A DNA stretch of 64,000 nucleotides from an uncultured Candidatus Saccharibacteria bacterium (GCA_964626635.1 CAZVFY010000002.1:72415-136414), one strand, 5' to 3'; positions 9,334 to 20,040 are shown, counted from the stretch's first letter. The notes: generated by a model from the sequence alone, not told the origin. Numbers and translations: made by a program.

Positions 9334-9497
9334 TTTTGCTTATAGTCTTCGTGTTGGCGCGTGAATTTGTTGTACTTGCGCGTCATGAACTTTTTACTCG
9401 GGTCTTTCTTGTTTTTGTTATTAAACCGAGTGTAGTACACGTGACCAGCTCCGCCCTCGGCTTTGGTCATCATTTGTCGTATGAGATCTTGTGACAT
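9327..9497 (-). CDS. Small Lys-rich basic protein (about 56 aa), hypothetical
   Basis: Internal Met of the 121-aa ORF (MSQDLIRQMMTKAEGGAGHVYYTRFNNKNKKDPSKKFMTRKYNKFTRQHEDYKQKK). The upstream part of the long ORF looks spurious. Confidence 0.3.
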   Translation of the reverse strand: MSQDLIRQMMTKAEGGAGHVYYTRFNNKNKKDPSKKFMTRKYNKFTRQHEDYKQKK

Positions 9498-9651
9498 AGT
9501 GGGGGAATAGTACCGGACAGACGTACAGGTGTCAATCAATTCCGTGAAAGGGAAAGTAATGAATGGCAAAGGGGTGTAATTAACAGGGTTTTTGCGTTGT
9601 ACTGCAGCCGACACGGTATGATGTAGATAGCTCACGCATGGTGTCGCTTTT

Positions 9652-10872
9652 ATGAAGGTACTCACGTTCAGTTGGGAGTTTCCGCCCGCCAAAAATGGCG
9701 GGCTGGGCGTGGCGTGCTATGGATTGACGCGCGAACTGCTACAAAATGGCCTCGATGTGACGCTGGTGCTGCCCAAAACGCAAAAGACGCTCGGTACAGC
9801 CAAATTCATCTTTGCTGATACCGAGCGACTATTGCGGACTGGTGAAATAGGCGAGACATTCTATGGTCCGTACTGTGAATCCACCACCAGTATTTATTCC
9901 CTGGTCGAATACGACGAGACCGGCAGACCAGTGATCGTTCGCCGCAGCATCCTCGATGAGGCGCACCGATTTGCGCATGAAGCCAGCCTGATCGCCAGTC
10001 AGTCGGACTGTGACGTCATTCATGCGCATGACTGGACGTCGTACCTGGCCGGTGTCGCCGCCAAACAAGCTACCGGCAGGCCACTGGTGGTCCACGTGCA
10101 CGCGACCTCGTACGACCAAGCTGGCGGGAATAACGTTGATCCCAGCATTAAACACATCGAGCAGCAAGGATTTCAGGCCGCCGACGAGATCATTGCGGTC
10201 AGTCAGTTCACTAAAAATATGATCGTTTCCAAGCATGGCGTTGACCCCGATCGCGTCATTGTGATCCACAACGGCTGCGACGCCGAACCTGTCGAACCAC
10301 AACCGCCAACGCTGGCTGCCCTCAAGGCAGCCGGTCGTAAAATCGTCCTGTACCACGGTCGTATCAGTATCCAGAAGGGTGTCGATCATTTCATACGAGC
10401 CGCCCGTTTGGTGGTTGACGCCGATCCGTCAGTGTTATTCGTAATCTCGGGGTCGGGCGATATGGAGCGTCAAATTATGCATCAGGTCGGCGAGCTCGGA
10501 TTGTCCGAGCATGTGCGATTTGCTGGCGCCCTCTGGGACACTGACCGCGACCGGATGTATCAAGCGGCGGATTTATTCGTGATGCCGTCGGTATCAGAAC
10601 CATTTGGTTTGGTGCCGCTCGAGGCGTTGCAGCACGGCACGCCGAGCGTCATCACCAAACAATCAGGCGTGGGCGAGGTACTACCCCAAGCCCTGCGCGT
10701 AGACTTTTGGGACCACGAGGCCATGGCTGCGCGGATCATCGAGGTGCTGCGTTACCCCGTCCTCAAGGAGCAGCTGGTCAGCGAAGGTCGAGCGATCTTG
10801 CCTTGGTTGTCGTGGCGCCGCGCCGCCGTCAAGGTCGAAGGATTGTTCCGTCGTCTGTTACAATATGCCTAG
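9652..10872 (+). CDS. Glycogen/alpha-glucan synthase-like glycosyltransferase (GT5/GT4, GlgA-like)
   Basis: N-terminal MKVLTFSWEFPPAKNGGLG (KTGGL-like) and C-terminal PSVSEPFGLVPLEALQHGTP, as in GlgA. Confidence 0.65.
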   Translation: MKVLTFSWEFPPAKNGGLGVACYGLTRELLQNGLDVTLVLPKTQKTLGTAKFIFADTERLLRTGEIGETFYGPYCESTTSIYSLVEYDETGRPVIVRRSILDEAHRFAHEASLIASQSDCDVIHAHDWTSYLAGVAAKQATGRPLVVHVHATSYDQAGGNNVDPSIKHIEQQGFQAADEIIAVSQFTKNMIVSKHGVDPDRVIVIHNGCDAEPVEPQPPTLAALKAAGRKIVLYHGRISIQKGVDHFIRAARLVVDADPSVLFVISGSGDMERQIMHQVGELGLSEHVRFAGALWDTDRDRMYQAADLFVMPSVSEPFGLVPLEALQHGTPSVITKQSGVGEVLPQALRVDFWDHEAMAARIIEVLRYPVLKEQLVSEGRAILPWLSWRRAAVKVEGLFRRLLQYA

Positions 10873-10875
10873 CTT

Positions 10876-12246
10876 ATGTTAAGTGTTTGTCCCTATTTTC
10901 ATGTCCATCAGCCATTTCGAGTAAAGCCGTACCGCGTGTTCGCAGTCGGTGAAGACCCGTATTATTTTAATGACGAATCAGGCCGCGACACTGACAATCG
11001 ATTTATTGTTGAGAAAGTGGCTGAGAAGTCCTACCGCCCGACCAACGCCATCCTGCAGGAGTTACTCGATCGTCATCCGCAATTTCGGTTTACTTTATCA
11101 TTCTCCGGGACCGTCCTCGAACAATTCGAAACCTACGCCCCAGACGTGCTCGAATCATTCCAGCGACTGATCGCTACCGGCCGGGTCGACGTGGTAGCAG
11201 ACACGTACCACCACTCGTTGGCGTTCTTTTATTCAGTACCCGAATTTGAGCGCCAAGTGTTGCAACACGAGCGCATTATCAAGCGTCTGTTCGGCGTCCG
11301 ACCACGCGTATTTCGTAACACTGAACTATCGTATCGCAACGACCTGGCCAAGTGGTGTGAGAATCGTGGTTATTTGGGCATCATGGCCGAGGGTTGGGAT
11401 CCGTACCTCGCCGGACGCAGTCCTAACTTTGTCTATCGGCCGGCTGGCTGTAACCGTATTAAAGTCCTCCTTAAAAATTACAAGTTATCTGACGACGTGG
11501 CCTTTCGGTTTGGGAACCAAGATTGGGAAGGTTGGCCGCTGTCGGCAGACACGTACGCCAGCTGGATCAACTCGACGCACGGTGACGGTCAGACAGTTAA
11601 CTTGTTCATGGATTACGAGAGTTTTGGTGAGCACCAGTGGGCTGATACGGGGATCTTTGATTTCTTGCGCAATTTGCCGACAGAATTATTGCGCCACCCG
11701 AACACCACGTTCCGGACCGCGACCGAAACTGTCCAGGCGCTCAGTGCGATAGGGGACTACGACGTACCAGACATTCTGACCTGGGCCGACACTGACCGCG
11801 ATCTCACTGCCTGGGTTGGCAATGATATCCAACGGGACGCGATCGCCGCGACCTTCCGGATGGAGGAGGATGTGTTGGCGACTGACAACCTTGAACTAAT
11901 TGAAACGTGGCGCAAATTGACCACCAGTGATCACTTTTATTTCATGTGCACCAAATGGTCTGAGGATGGTGATGTGCACGCGTATTTCTCGCCCTACGAA
12001 TCGCCCTATGAGGCCTATATCAATTTTATGAACGCCCTGACAGACCTGCGCCATCGCGTTGACGCGGCCAAGGCTGAAGCGCAAGCGGCGCGCGCCCGCG
12101 TCGAGGCATTTGCACCACAACCCAAGGGACGCGCGGCGACTAGTGCGCGCCGTAGGCGGGTGTCGCCAGGGCGTCAGGCCGACGCGTCAGTACCGAGCCC
12201 GCTTTCATTTTGGGCTAAATTACGCGACCGGTTGTTCCCACGATAG
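10876..12246 (+). CDS. Glycoside hydrolase family 57 (alpha-amylase/branching-enzyme-like)
   Basis: N-terminal CPYFHVHQP (the HQP motif of GH57). Length 456 aa. Confidence 0.7.
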   Translation: MLSVCPYFHVHQPFRVKPYRVFAVGEDPYYFNDESGRDTDNRFIVEKVAEKSYRPTNAILQELLDRHPQFRFTLSFSGTVLEQFETYAPDVLESFQRLIATGRVDVVADTYHHSLAFFYSVPEFERQVLQHERIIKRLFGVRPRVFRNTELSYRNDLAKWCENRGYLGIMAEGWDPYLAGRSPNFVYRPAGCNRIKVLLKNYKLSDDVAFRFGNQDWEGWPLSADTYASWINSTHGDGQTVNLFMDYESFGEHQWADTGIFDFLRNLPTELLRHPNTTFRTATETVQALSAIGDYDVPDILTWADTDRDLTAWVGNDIQRDAIAATFRMEEDVLATDNLELIETWRKLTTSDHFYFMCTKWSEDGDVHAYFSPYESPYEAYINFMNALTDLRHRVDAAKAEAQAARARVEAFAPQPKGRAATSARRRRVSPGRQADASVPSPLSFWAKLRDRLFPR

Positions 12247-12252
12247 TGTGTC

Positions 12253-14280
12253 GTGTCGACTGCGCTGCGTGGTATAATGTGTGCAAATGATCTTTGTATG
12301 GCGCGCAGTGTAACAGTCGGCAATGGGCAGATGTTGGTCGGACTTGATGGTCGTGGTCAGGTGCGTGATTTGTATTATCCGTACGTAGGCGAGAGTAACC
12401 ACGTGTCTGGCGCCAGTGGATCACACGTGCACCGCATCGGTGTGCAAGTAACTAGAGACAATAAATCTGAATTTAGTTGGCTCGACGATGCTGGTTGGAG
12501 CATCAGTGTCGGTGGAGACGAACACACGTGTGTCGGGTCGTTGTTTGCCGAGCACGACCGACTCGGGGTCACGATCGCTACGCGCGATACAGTACACAAC
12601 GAACACAATGTTTTCTTGCGTGAGTTTACTCTCACCAATACCGGCAGCACCGATGCGTCAATCAAATTATTCGTGGCGCAGCAATTTCGCATCCAGGAGT
12701 CGCGGCGCGGTGACACGGGGTACTTTGACCCCCGGGTCAATGCCATTGTGCACTACAAAGGGTCAGTGACATTACTGGTCAATGCGTTTTTGGACGGAGC
12801 GCAATTTAGTGAATACAATATCGGTATTTTTGGCATTGAAGGCAAAGAAGGTACTTGGCGTGACGCCGAAGACGGCCGGCTCGAAGGTAATCCGATCGAG
12901 CACGGCTCGGTTGACTCGGTGATCGCGGTCGAGTCCTCGCTCGAGGCCGGTGTGAGTACGACGGGGTATTACTGGATTATCGCCGCCGACAATATCCCCG
13001 CCGCACACGTGCTGGATGAGCTGGTACTACAAGAAACGCCAGCTGCGCTCATTCGCTCGACCGATGCCTACTGGTCCGCCTGGCTCGAAAAGCATGGTCG
13101 CGATCTGACCAGCCTACCGGCCACTTTGCAGACACTCTACCGCCGCTCGTTGATGATCATGCGGGTACATACAGATAACAACGGTGGGATTATTGCCTCG
13201 AGCGACACCGAGATGTTGCATCACGGCCGTGATTGTTATTCGTATGTGTGGCCGCGTGATGGGGCGCTGATCGCGCACGCCTTTGATCAGACCGGGTACC
13301 GTGATGTGGCGCGACAGTTTTTCTTATTTATGCGAGAGTGCCAAGAGCCGGCCGGGTACCTGATGCACAAATACCGCACCGACGGAGCGCTCGGTAGTTC
13401 GTGGCATCCATGGATCATTGACGGTCAGGCCAGACTACCAATCCAAGAGGATGAGACAGCGAGCATTCTGTTCGTACTCTGGAAACATTTCCAGCGTTAC
13501 AAAGACGTCGAGTTTGTCGAGTCAATGTATAACTCGTTCATTGAACCAGCCGCCAATTTTATGGTGGACTATATCGAGCCGACCACTGGTCTTCCCTCGG
13601 CGTCATTTGATTTGTGGGAGGAAAAGTACGGTACTAGCACATACACGGCAGCCAGTGTCTACGCCGGGTTAGCGGCCGCCAGTAAGTTTGCGCAACTCCT
13701 TGGCAAAGCCGAGCCAGCACGTACGTATGGGGCAGTAGCGTCCAGGCTCAAGCGTGCGATCGATGAGCATCTGTGGGATGAAGCACGCGGTGCGTACATC
13801 AAACACGTCTACCACACCGAAGACGGATTACAGTATGATCGGACCATTGATACTAGTAGTTTATACGGTATGTTGTTTTTCGAGGTAGCCTCACACACTG
13901 ACGAACGACTGGCGCGGATGCTACAAACTGTCGAACAAACACTCGCGGTGCGCGGCAACGCAGAGGGCTACATGCGCTACGAAGGCGACAATTACTACAA
14001 ACAAAATGACGCTGACACACCAAACCCGTGGGTTATCTGTACGTTGTGGGTGGCGCAGTTTTATATTGCCGTCGCGACCGACAAACAGGGACTACAAAAG
14101 GCTCTCGAGCTGCTCGAATGGACAGCCTCGCATGCGACCAGTAGCGGCGTTCTGGCTGAACAAATGCACCCGGATACGCGCGCGCAGTTATCGACCGCGC
14201 CCCTCACTTGGAGCCACGCGGAATTTGTGATGGCGTGTGAGGCGTACATGAAAAAGTGGCACGCGCTACAACAAAATTAA
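12253..14280 (+). CDS. Glycoside hydrolase family 15 (glucoamylase/glucodextranase-like)
   Basis: GH15 N-terminal domain (VGNGQMLVGLDGRGQVRDLYYP) plus an (alpha/alpha)6 catalytic region with DLWEEKYG. The start may be a later Met (12277 or 12298). Confidence 0.75.
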   Translation: MSTALRGIMCANDLCMARSVTVGNGQMLVGLDGRGQVRDLYYPYVGESNHVSGASGSHVHRIGVQVTRDNKSEFSWLDDAGWSISVGGDEHTCVGSLFAEHDRLGVTIATRDTVHNEHNVFLREFTLTNTGSTDASIKLFVAQQFRIQESRRGDTGYFDPRVNAIVHYKGSVTLLVNAFLDGAQFSEYNIGIFGIEGKEGTWRDAEDGRLEGNPIEHGSVDSVIAVESSLEAGVSTTGYYWIIAADNIPAAHVLDELVLQETPAALIRSTDAYWSAWLEKHGRDLTSLPATLQTLYRRSLMIMRVHTDNNGGIIASSDTEMLHHGRDCYSYVWPRDGALIAHAFDQTGYRDVARQFFLFMRECQEPAGYLMHKYRTDGALGSSWHPWIIDGQARLPIQEDETASILFVLWKHFQRYKDVEFVESMYNSFIEPAANFMVDYIEPTTGLPSASFDLWEEKYGTSTYTAASVYAGLAAASKFAQLLGKAEPARTYGAVASRLKRAIDEHLWDEARGAYIKHVYHTEDGLQYDRTIDTSSLYGMLFFEVASHTDERLARMLQTVEQTLAVRGNAEGYMRYEGDNYYKQNDADTPNPWVICTLWVAQFYIAVATDKQGLQKALELLEWTASHATSSGVLAEQMHPDTRAQLSTAPLTWSHAEFVMACEAYMKKWHALQQN

Positions 14281-14288
14281 TGTGGTTC

Positions 14289-15278
14289 TTAGATGGGTTC
14301 TTTAGACCAGCGCTGAGTCGCGGTATCAAACGTACCAATCTTTACCCGATGAATGCGCCACGCGAGGCCAACTGTGCTCAGTTGCATCGCGATTACACAG
14401 GCGAGTGTGCGCATGTACGTACCTGAACTGCAGCTGCAACGAAAGTGTAGAATAGAGTAGGTTGCTGGCAATAGTGTGTCAGACCATGTATCGTCTCGCA
14501 CTTGCTCCCAATCTGTTCGTACATCCGTGCGGCGGAAGTCAGCACCCAGGACTTTGCGATCATCAGTCACTGGCGGCATGGTGTTGATGTTTGCAAGTGC
14601 GGTTTCGGCAATCGTGGCGCGGTCGAGCTTGTCACTGCCTACATATTCTAATGAGTAAATGGTTGATTGTCGCTCTGGGATCGTTATCTCGTGCAAGCGA
14701 TTTTCTAGCGCCCACTGAAACAAAGGTTTTCCATTAACCGTTTTGCTCGAGTACGCCGGATAGGGAAGAGAGATCTGCCCAGTGAGTTTTGCACATATTG
14801 GTCTTATTTCATTCTCAAGAATCGAAGGCGATAAAAATGCGCGCTGCGCGCTAAGAGTAGGGGAAGGCATTTTTATCGCTTTCGATTCTTTCTCTGCTGG
14901 CGAACTGGTCAGACCGGTATCACCAAGCCTTCCCCCAGTCTTAGGCCGAAGGCCGCTTGGTGATACCGGCATGGCCGGGTGAGTCTCATTTGTATCCGTG
15001 TACAGCCGCCCCAACACATCATGCGTGTCCGATCCGATGCCCAGCAACACCGAAAATTCGTATGCTTTGTCTAGTCCCAAATACAACTCTTTTCTCTTGC
15101 ATTCCTCGCCAACCAGCACCAGTAATTGCCCAGTAGCCATCGGATCCAGTCGGCCGGCGTACGTTAGGGGAATGTCAGCGGGAATACCGGCTGTATCCCG
15201 CCACGCTTCGAGGCAGGCGAGCGGCGTTTGCCCCAATTGCTTATCAAGTACGACTCGAGACGGGTACGGTGATGACAT
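14289..15278 (-). CDS. truB: tRNA pseudouridine synthase (TruB family)
   Basis: VVLDKQLGQT, YAGRLDPMATGQL (catalytic Asp) and DKAYEF..LGIGSDTHDVLG motifs. A Ser/Pro/Ala-rich insertion sits mid-protein. Confidence 0.7.
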   Translation of the reverse strand: MSSPYPSRVVLDKQLGQTPLACLEAWRDTAGIPADIPLTYAGRLDPMATGQLLVLVGEECKRKELYLGLDKAYEFSVLLGIGSDTHDVLGRLYTDTNETHPAMPVSPSGLRPKTGGRLGDTGLTSSPAEKESKAIKMPSPTLSAQRAFLSPSILENEIRPICAKLTGQISLPYPAYSSKTVNGKPLFQWALENRLHEITIPERQSTIYSLEYVGSDKLDRATIAETALANINTMPPVTDDRKVLGADFRRTDVRTDWEQVRDDTWSDTLLPATYSILHFRCSCSSGTYMRTLACVIAMQLSTVGLAWRIHRVKIGTFDTATQRWSKEPI

Positions 15279-15433
15279 ATTGTGCGTCTTTATCAGTATT
15301 AAGCACCAAACGGATCACCTCCGACAAAGGCATTCCAGATGAGTAACAGCACCAGTGCGCCAAAAGCCAATAAAAAGACTTTCATATATTCAAACTCTAC
15401 CACGTCCTGGCTGGCTTACGCAGTGGTGTTGGG

Positions 15434-15461
15434 TTGACTCACCACAGTGAGGGTGTACTAT
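15434..15461 (+). promoter_or_regulatory. Promoter of the V-ATPase operon (TTGACT-16-TGtTACTAT)
   Basis: -35 TTGACT at 15434-15439 and an extended -10 TGTTACTAT ending at 15461. The first in-frame ATG at 15460 overlaps the -10, so the start is more likely 15475. Confidence 0.45.
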
Positions 15462-15474
15462 GCAGGCGCAAACT

Positions 15475-15786
15475 ATGAAAAATCATGTGCTCGATCAAGT
15501 CCTAGAAGCCGAAACCAAGGCCGACAGTATCCTGTCTAATGCCCGCACGGCAGCCGGAGAGCGGATCGCTGCCGCGCGCGTTGCGGCCGATCAAACTATT
15601 GCTACGACGCAAAAGACGCTCGAAACTAAGGCACAAGACGAACTGCGCGCGCTCGAGCAGTCGCTGCAGGGAACTTTGGTAGATATCCAGGCCGCCGGGG
15701 AAAAAGATGCGGCCAAAATTCAGTCAGACGCGACCAAAAAGCAGGCAGAATTAGTCGCGCAAGCAATGCAAGTTCTCAGCGTATAA
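15475..15786 (+). CDS. V/A-type ATPase subunit G (peripheral stalk)
   Basis: About 103 aa, all coiled-coil, first gene of the operon, in the Thermus order G-I-K-E-C-F-A-B-D. Confidence 0.55.
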   Translation: MKNHVLDQVLEAETKADSILSNARTAAGERIAAARVAADQTIATTQKTLETKAQDELRALEQSLQGTLVDIQAAGEKDAAKIQSDATKKQAELVAQAMQVLSV

Positions 15787-15795
15787 ACCAGTGTT

Positions 15796-17745
15796 ATGGC
15801 AGTTATCCCAATGCAAAAACTGGCGTATTACGTACCGAAGTCTCAGACTGATGATTTTTTGCGTGTCGTCCAAAAGTACGCTGCGTTCGAGATCGACCAG
15901 TCAGCCGCACCAGCTGATCTGGTAGCGAGTCAATTGCCAGATATGCAACACGGCGAGTTGGCGGCCCGGCTTGAACAGGCACTGGCCTTCGCTAGTGGCT
16001 ACACCGAAGCACCCAGCGCGTACCATACATTCCGATACGGGTCCGGAGTGTCATTGTCCGAACTGCAAATCGCTAGCTACCTGCATGAGGTAGACGATTT
16101 GCAGTCTGCCCTCGGCAGTGTCGAGACTTTGCGGTACGAACTGAACACTGTTGATCAGCAAATCACCGCCCTCGAAGAGAAGCGTGCCAGCCTCGAACCA
16201 TTTGCCGATCTCGGTGCGCCACTACAGTCGCTACGCACCAGTCGGACGCAGTCATTTGTGGTGCAGCGCAACGGCGTATTGGTAGAAGACATCGTCGCCG
16301 CGCTCGCTCGTGATGGTGTGGTCGCCCACGCAACTGAACTGGACAGTCGGGCGCTCGTCACTATTTACATGCAAATGCTTGAGACAGATGCCGCTGTCCG
16401 ATTGTTAGAGGCGACCACAGTCGATGTCTACGACACCCCTGCCGTTACCGGTGTCGCAAGCGAAGCCTTACAAGAGGTCGCCGATGCGCTCGTCGGACTC
16501 GCTGCCACTCGAGATGGTATCGTCGTACGCGTGCGCGCCGCCGTCGCCGAGCATCACATATTGCTCGCGACGTACGCCGAGCTATTTTCGTGGGTGCGCG
16601 CCCGGTCTGATGCGGCACAATTGGGCGCTGCCACGGCCACTGCCCACGTCTACACCGGTTGGTTGCAAGCTCCATTGCGGGAGACTGTCGAATCAGAGCT
16701 GTCTGACGCTGGCGTCGCATTCGCCAAGAGCGATGTGCCGCTCGCCGCAAATGAAGAACCTCCGGTAGAAATCAAAAATAATCGACTCATCCAACCGTTC
16801 GAGGCGGTCACGCGTCTTTACGGCATGCCCGGGTACAAAGACCTAGACCCGACGCTATTCCTGGCGGGCTTCTTCTTTTTGTTCTTTGGTCTTTCGCTGA
16901 CTGACGTTGGCTACGGCCTGAGCCTCGTGGCAGTCAGTGCGATCGTGTTGCTGTTTGGAAAAGTGAACGACACCATCCGATCATTCATGAAATTGCTGCT
17001 GTTCATCGGGTCGGCCACGGTATTAGTCGGGATGTTGTTCGGCGGGTACTTTGGGATTGATATCGGTCTCTTGCCAGCGCCACTCCAAGCTCTGCAGGTG
17101 TTTGACCCGATCGGCAATCCGCTGCCGGTGTTCTACCTGGCGCTCGGGCTCGGTGTGTTCCAAGTAATGGTTGGGCTGCTCTTGCGGATTTATTCGGATG
17201 CACGCAACGGGCAGTTCCTGGATGGATTGTGGGAGCAAGGACCGTGGCTGTTCTTGTTCGGGGTAGGAATCACGTACGTGTTGTCTATCGTTGAATGGGT
17301 CGCGGTGTCTCCAGAACTGTTGACTCGTCTCACGTATGCTGGCCTGGCTCTGCTGGTCGTAGGGGCACTGCGCAAGAGCACAGGCGTCCTCAGTGCCTTG
17401 ATGAATGTGTTCGGTAGTCTCTACAATTCGGTTGGGTTCCTGTCGGACATCTTGTCGTACTCGCGCTTACTGGCGCTCGGACTCGCGACCACGGCGCTGG
17501 CGTTTGCGGTCAATCTGATTGCTGGTATCGTGTACGAAGCTGTCCCTTATGTCGGCGTAGTTTTTGCCATCCTAATCCTCATCATTGGACATACATTTAC
17601 GCTGGCAGTGAACACGCTCGGGGCGTTCATCCATAGTGCCCGGTTGCAGTTTGTCGAATTTTTTGGCAAATTTGTGGTCGGTACTGGGCGCGCTTTCAAG
17701 CCGCTCGCTCGCTCGTATAACCACGTAACGGTTACCAAGGAGTGA
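15796..17745 (+). CDS. V/A-type ATPase subunit I (a subunit)
   Basis: 649 aa. Soluble N-terminal half and a C-terminal multi-TM domain, in operon position. Confidence 0.8.
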   Translation: MAVIPMQKLAYYVPKSQTDDFLRVVQKYAAFEIDQSAAPADLVASQLPDMQHGELAARLEQALAFASGYTEAPSAYHTFRYGSGVSLSELQIASYLHEVDDLQSALGSVETLRYELNTVDQQITALEEKRASLEPFADLGAPLQSLRTSRTQSFVVQRNGVLVEDIVAALARDGVVAHATELDSRALVTIYMQMLETDAAVRLLEATTVDVYDTPAVTGVASEALQEVADALVGLAATRDGIVVRVRAAVAEHHILLATYAELFSWVRARSDAAQLGAATATAHVYTGWLQAPLRETVESELSDAGVAFAKSDVPLAANEEPPVEIKNNRLIQPFEAVTRLYGMPGYKDLDPTLFLAGFFFLFFGLSLTDVGYGLSLVAVSAIVLLFGKVNDTIRSFMKLLLFIGSATVLVGMLFGGYFGIDIGLLPAPLQALQVFDPIGNPLPVFYLALGLGVFQVMVGLLLRIYSDARNGQFLDGLWEQGPWLFLFGVGITYVLSIVEWVAVSPELLTRLTYAGLALLVVGALRKSTGVLSALMNVFGSLYNSVGFLSDILSYSRLLALGLATTALAFAVNLIAGIVYEAVPYVGVVFAILILIIGHTFTLAVNTLGAFIHSARLQFVEFFGKFVVGTGRAFKPLARSYNHVTVTKE

Positions 17746-17763
17746 TCGTACGACATTATTTAA

Positions 17764-18267
<504 letters not shown>

Positions 18268-18271
18268 TTCT

Positions 18272-18829
18272 ATGTCTAATCCTGTCGCAGACAAAATCAT
18301 TGCTGACGCTGAATCCGAGGCTGTACGTATGCAAGCTGAGGCAGACGCTACGATTGCTGTAATCGAGGCCGAGACAATGGCGCGGACAAAGTCATTAGAA
18401 TCCGAAGCAACTGCGGCCAGGCAAAAGGCGGCTACTGCGCGGCAAAAAGTCCTGACTGCCAAGGCCGAGCAAGCTGCCAATCTCTCGCGCCAAGGCGCCA
18501 AGCGCGCAGCAATCGAATCAGTCTTGCAAGCCGTACATAGCGAACTAGAGAACGAACCGGCTAACGCGTACATCTCGAGGTACAGCGAACTATTGCAACG
18601 CAGCGATATCAAGGCCGCTGACGTGACCAGTGTACTCGCTCCGGCAAATCGCGTTGACGAAACCAAAGCGATCCTGGCTGCAGCTGACATTGAATCTGCC
18701 GCCGAGACCGGTGATTTTACGGCCGGACTGATCGTCGTCACCACGCATGGTCGATACGACCTCACGGCCGCTCGACTGCTGCGCGATTGTAAACCAGAGA
18801 TCGAGGTCGCACTACAAAAGATTCTGTAA
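18272..18829 (+). CDS. V/A-type ATPase subunit E
   Basis: Internal Met of ORF 18203 chosen (MSNPVADKIIADAESEAVRMQAEADA...), so the gene begins right after the K stop. Ala/Glu-rich coiled coil typical of subunit E. Confidence 0.65.
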   Translation: MSNPVADKIIADAESEAVRMQAEADATIAVIEAETMARTKSLESEATAARQKAATARQKVLTAKAEQAANLSRQGAKRAAIESVLQAVHSELENEPANAYISRYSELLQRSDIKAADVTSVLAPANRVDETKAILAAADIESAAETGDFTAGLIVVTTHGRYDLTAARLLRDCKPEIEVALQKIL

Positions 18830-18837
18830 ACAATTCT

Positions 18838-19695
18838 ATGACTACCCGTTACATCTACAGCAACAGTTACATTCGCGCCCTGGAGGGGATGTTGCTAACG
18901 CGTGCAGATGTAGACCGGTTAGTCTCGATTGAGAACGAAGCAGACTACACGCGGGCACTCAATGACACCTTTCTGGCGCCGCACCTACGCGACGATGACG
19001 TGGACGCAGCGTTGATCGCATACGTGCAGTCTGGCCGTGCTTTATTACGAAGGATCGCTCCCACACCAGCGATCGCGGAGTTGTTGTGGTTGCAAGACGA
19101 CATGCGCGACCTGCGCCTAGCGGCCAAAGAGATCGCGCTCGGTGAGGACCCAAGTGTCGAGGTAGAAGAAGTGTTACTCGCGCATCCACGCTGGACGCCA
19201 GCGTACACCGAAGCCATCTCGCTCCTCCAAAATAGCCAGGTCAAGCAAGCCGAGCAAACCCTTGATCTGCTCTACGAAGCGACCATCGGGCGCCGTCTGA
19301 GCGAAGCTACTGGCTTCCCAGTGACTACCGCCTTGCTCGACGCCAAGCTTGCTGCACTCTGGTACAAACAAGCCCTCCGTTCGAATGATGAAGCACGCAT
19401 CGATGATACGCGTACTAGTCTGCGGGCGATCCCGTATTTTGTGGCAGCGGTAGAAGCATTCGACAATGGGGATGTCTACCCGCTCAGTGTCGCGCTGGAG
19501 CTGTACCCTTACCAGGCAGCCAAGCGTACCGTTACTGGCGCCTTTGGGTTCGGGGTGTTGGTGCAGTTCTATGCTCGCATCGTTACCTCGGCGACGGTCG
19601 TACGCACCCTCAAAGTCGCTGTCGCCGCCACTACACCAAACGAAGTAAAACGAGATCTAATCGCGCCGTACACGGCCCTCATGTATGAATTCTAA
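18838..19695 (+). CDS. V/A-type ATPase subunit C (d)
   Basis: 285 aa helical protein, in operon position. Confidence 0.7.
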   Translation: MTTRYIYSNSYIRALEGMLLTRADVDRLVSIENEADYTRALNDTFLAPHLRDDDVDAALIAYVQSGRALLRRIAPTPAIAELLWLQDDMRDLRLAAKEIALGEDPSVEVEEVLLAHPRWTPAYTEAISLLQNSQVKQAEQTLDLLYEATIGRRLSEATGFPVTTALLDAKLAALWYKQALRSNDEARIDDTRTSLRAIPYFVAAVEAFDNGDVYPLSVALELYPYQAAKRTVTGAFGFGVLVQFYARIVTSATVVRTLKVAVAATTPNEVKRDLIAPYTALMYEF

Positions 19696-20014
19696 CCACC
19701 ACATCGCTATCATTGGGCCGACCGATATGGTGGCAGGCTTTCGGACGCTCGGCATCGAGGCGATCAACGCGACGTCTGGCATTGAGGCGCTCGCGGCGCT
19801 ACGCAGGCTTCGTCAAAATCCTGATCGACAGTACGCCGTGGTGTGTCTGATCGAAGAACTGTTTACAAACATTGATCCAGTTGAATTCGAGAAGGCCACG
19901 ACGGGCGCACTCCCCGCAGTCGTGCTGTTGCCAGGCACCGGTGGCGCAAGCGGTGTCGCGCTCGCGCGCCTGAGGCGCTTAGCCGAACGAGCGGTTGGTT
20001 CAGCCATCATTTAA
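19685..20014 (+). CDS. V/A-type ATPase subunit F
   Basis: 109 aa. HIAIIGPTDMVAGFRTLGIEAIN. Confidence 0.75.
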   Translation: MNSNHHIAIIGPTDMVAGFRTLGIEAINATSGIEALAALRRLRQNPDRQYAVVCLIEELFTNIDPVEFEKATTGALPAVVLLPGTGGASGVALARLRRLAERAVGSAII

Positions 20015-20040
20015 TTACTTACTCATTTATTACACTTACT

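Noticed and set aside
15300-15387. Possible 28-aa hydrophobic peptide ORF on the minus strand upstream of truB (MKVFLLAFGALVLLLIWNAFVGGDPFGA)
   Set aside because: It is very short, has no convincing RBS, and lies where the V-ATPase promoter and the truB 5' region sit. The evidence is insufficient.
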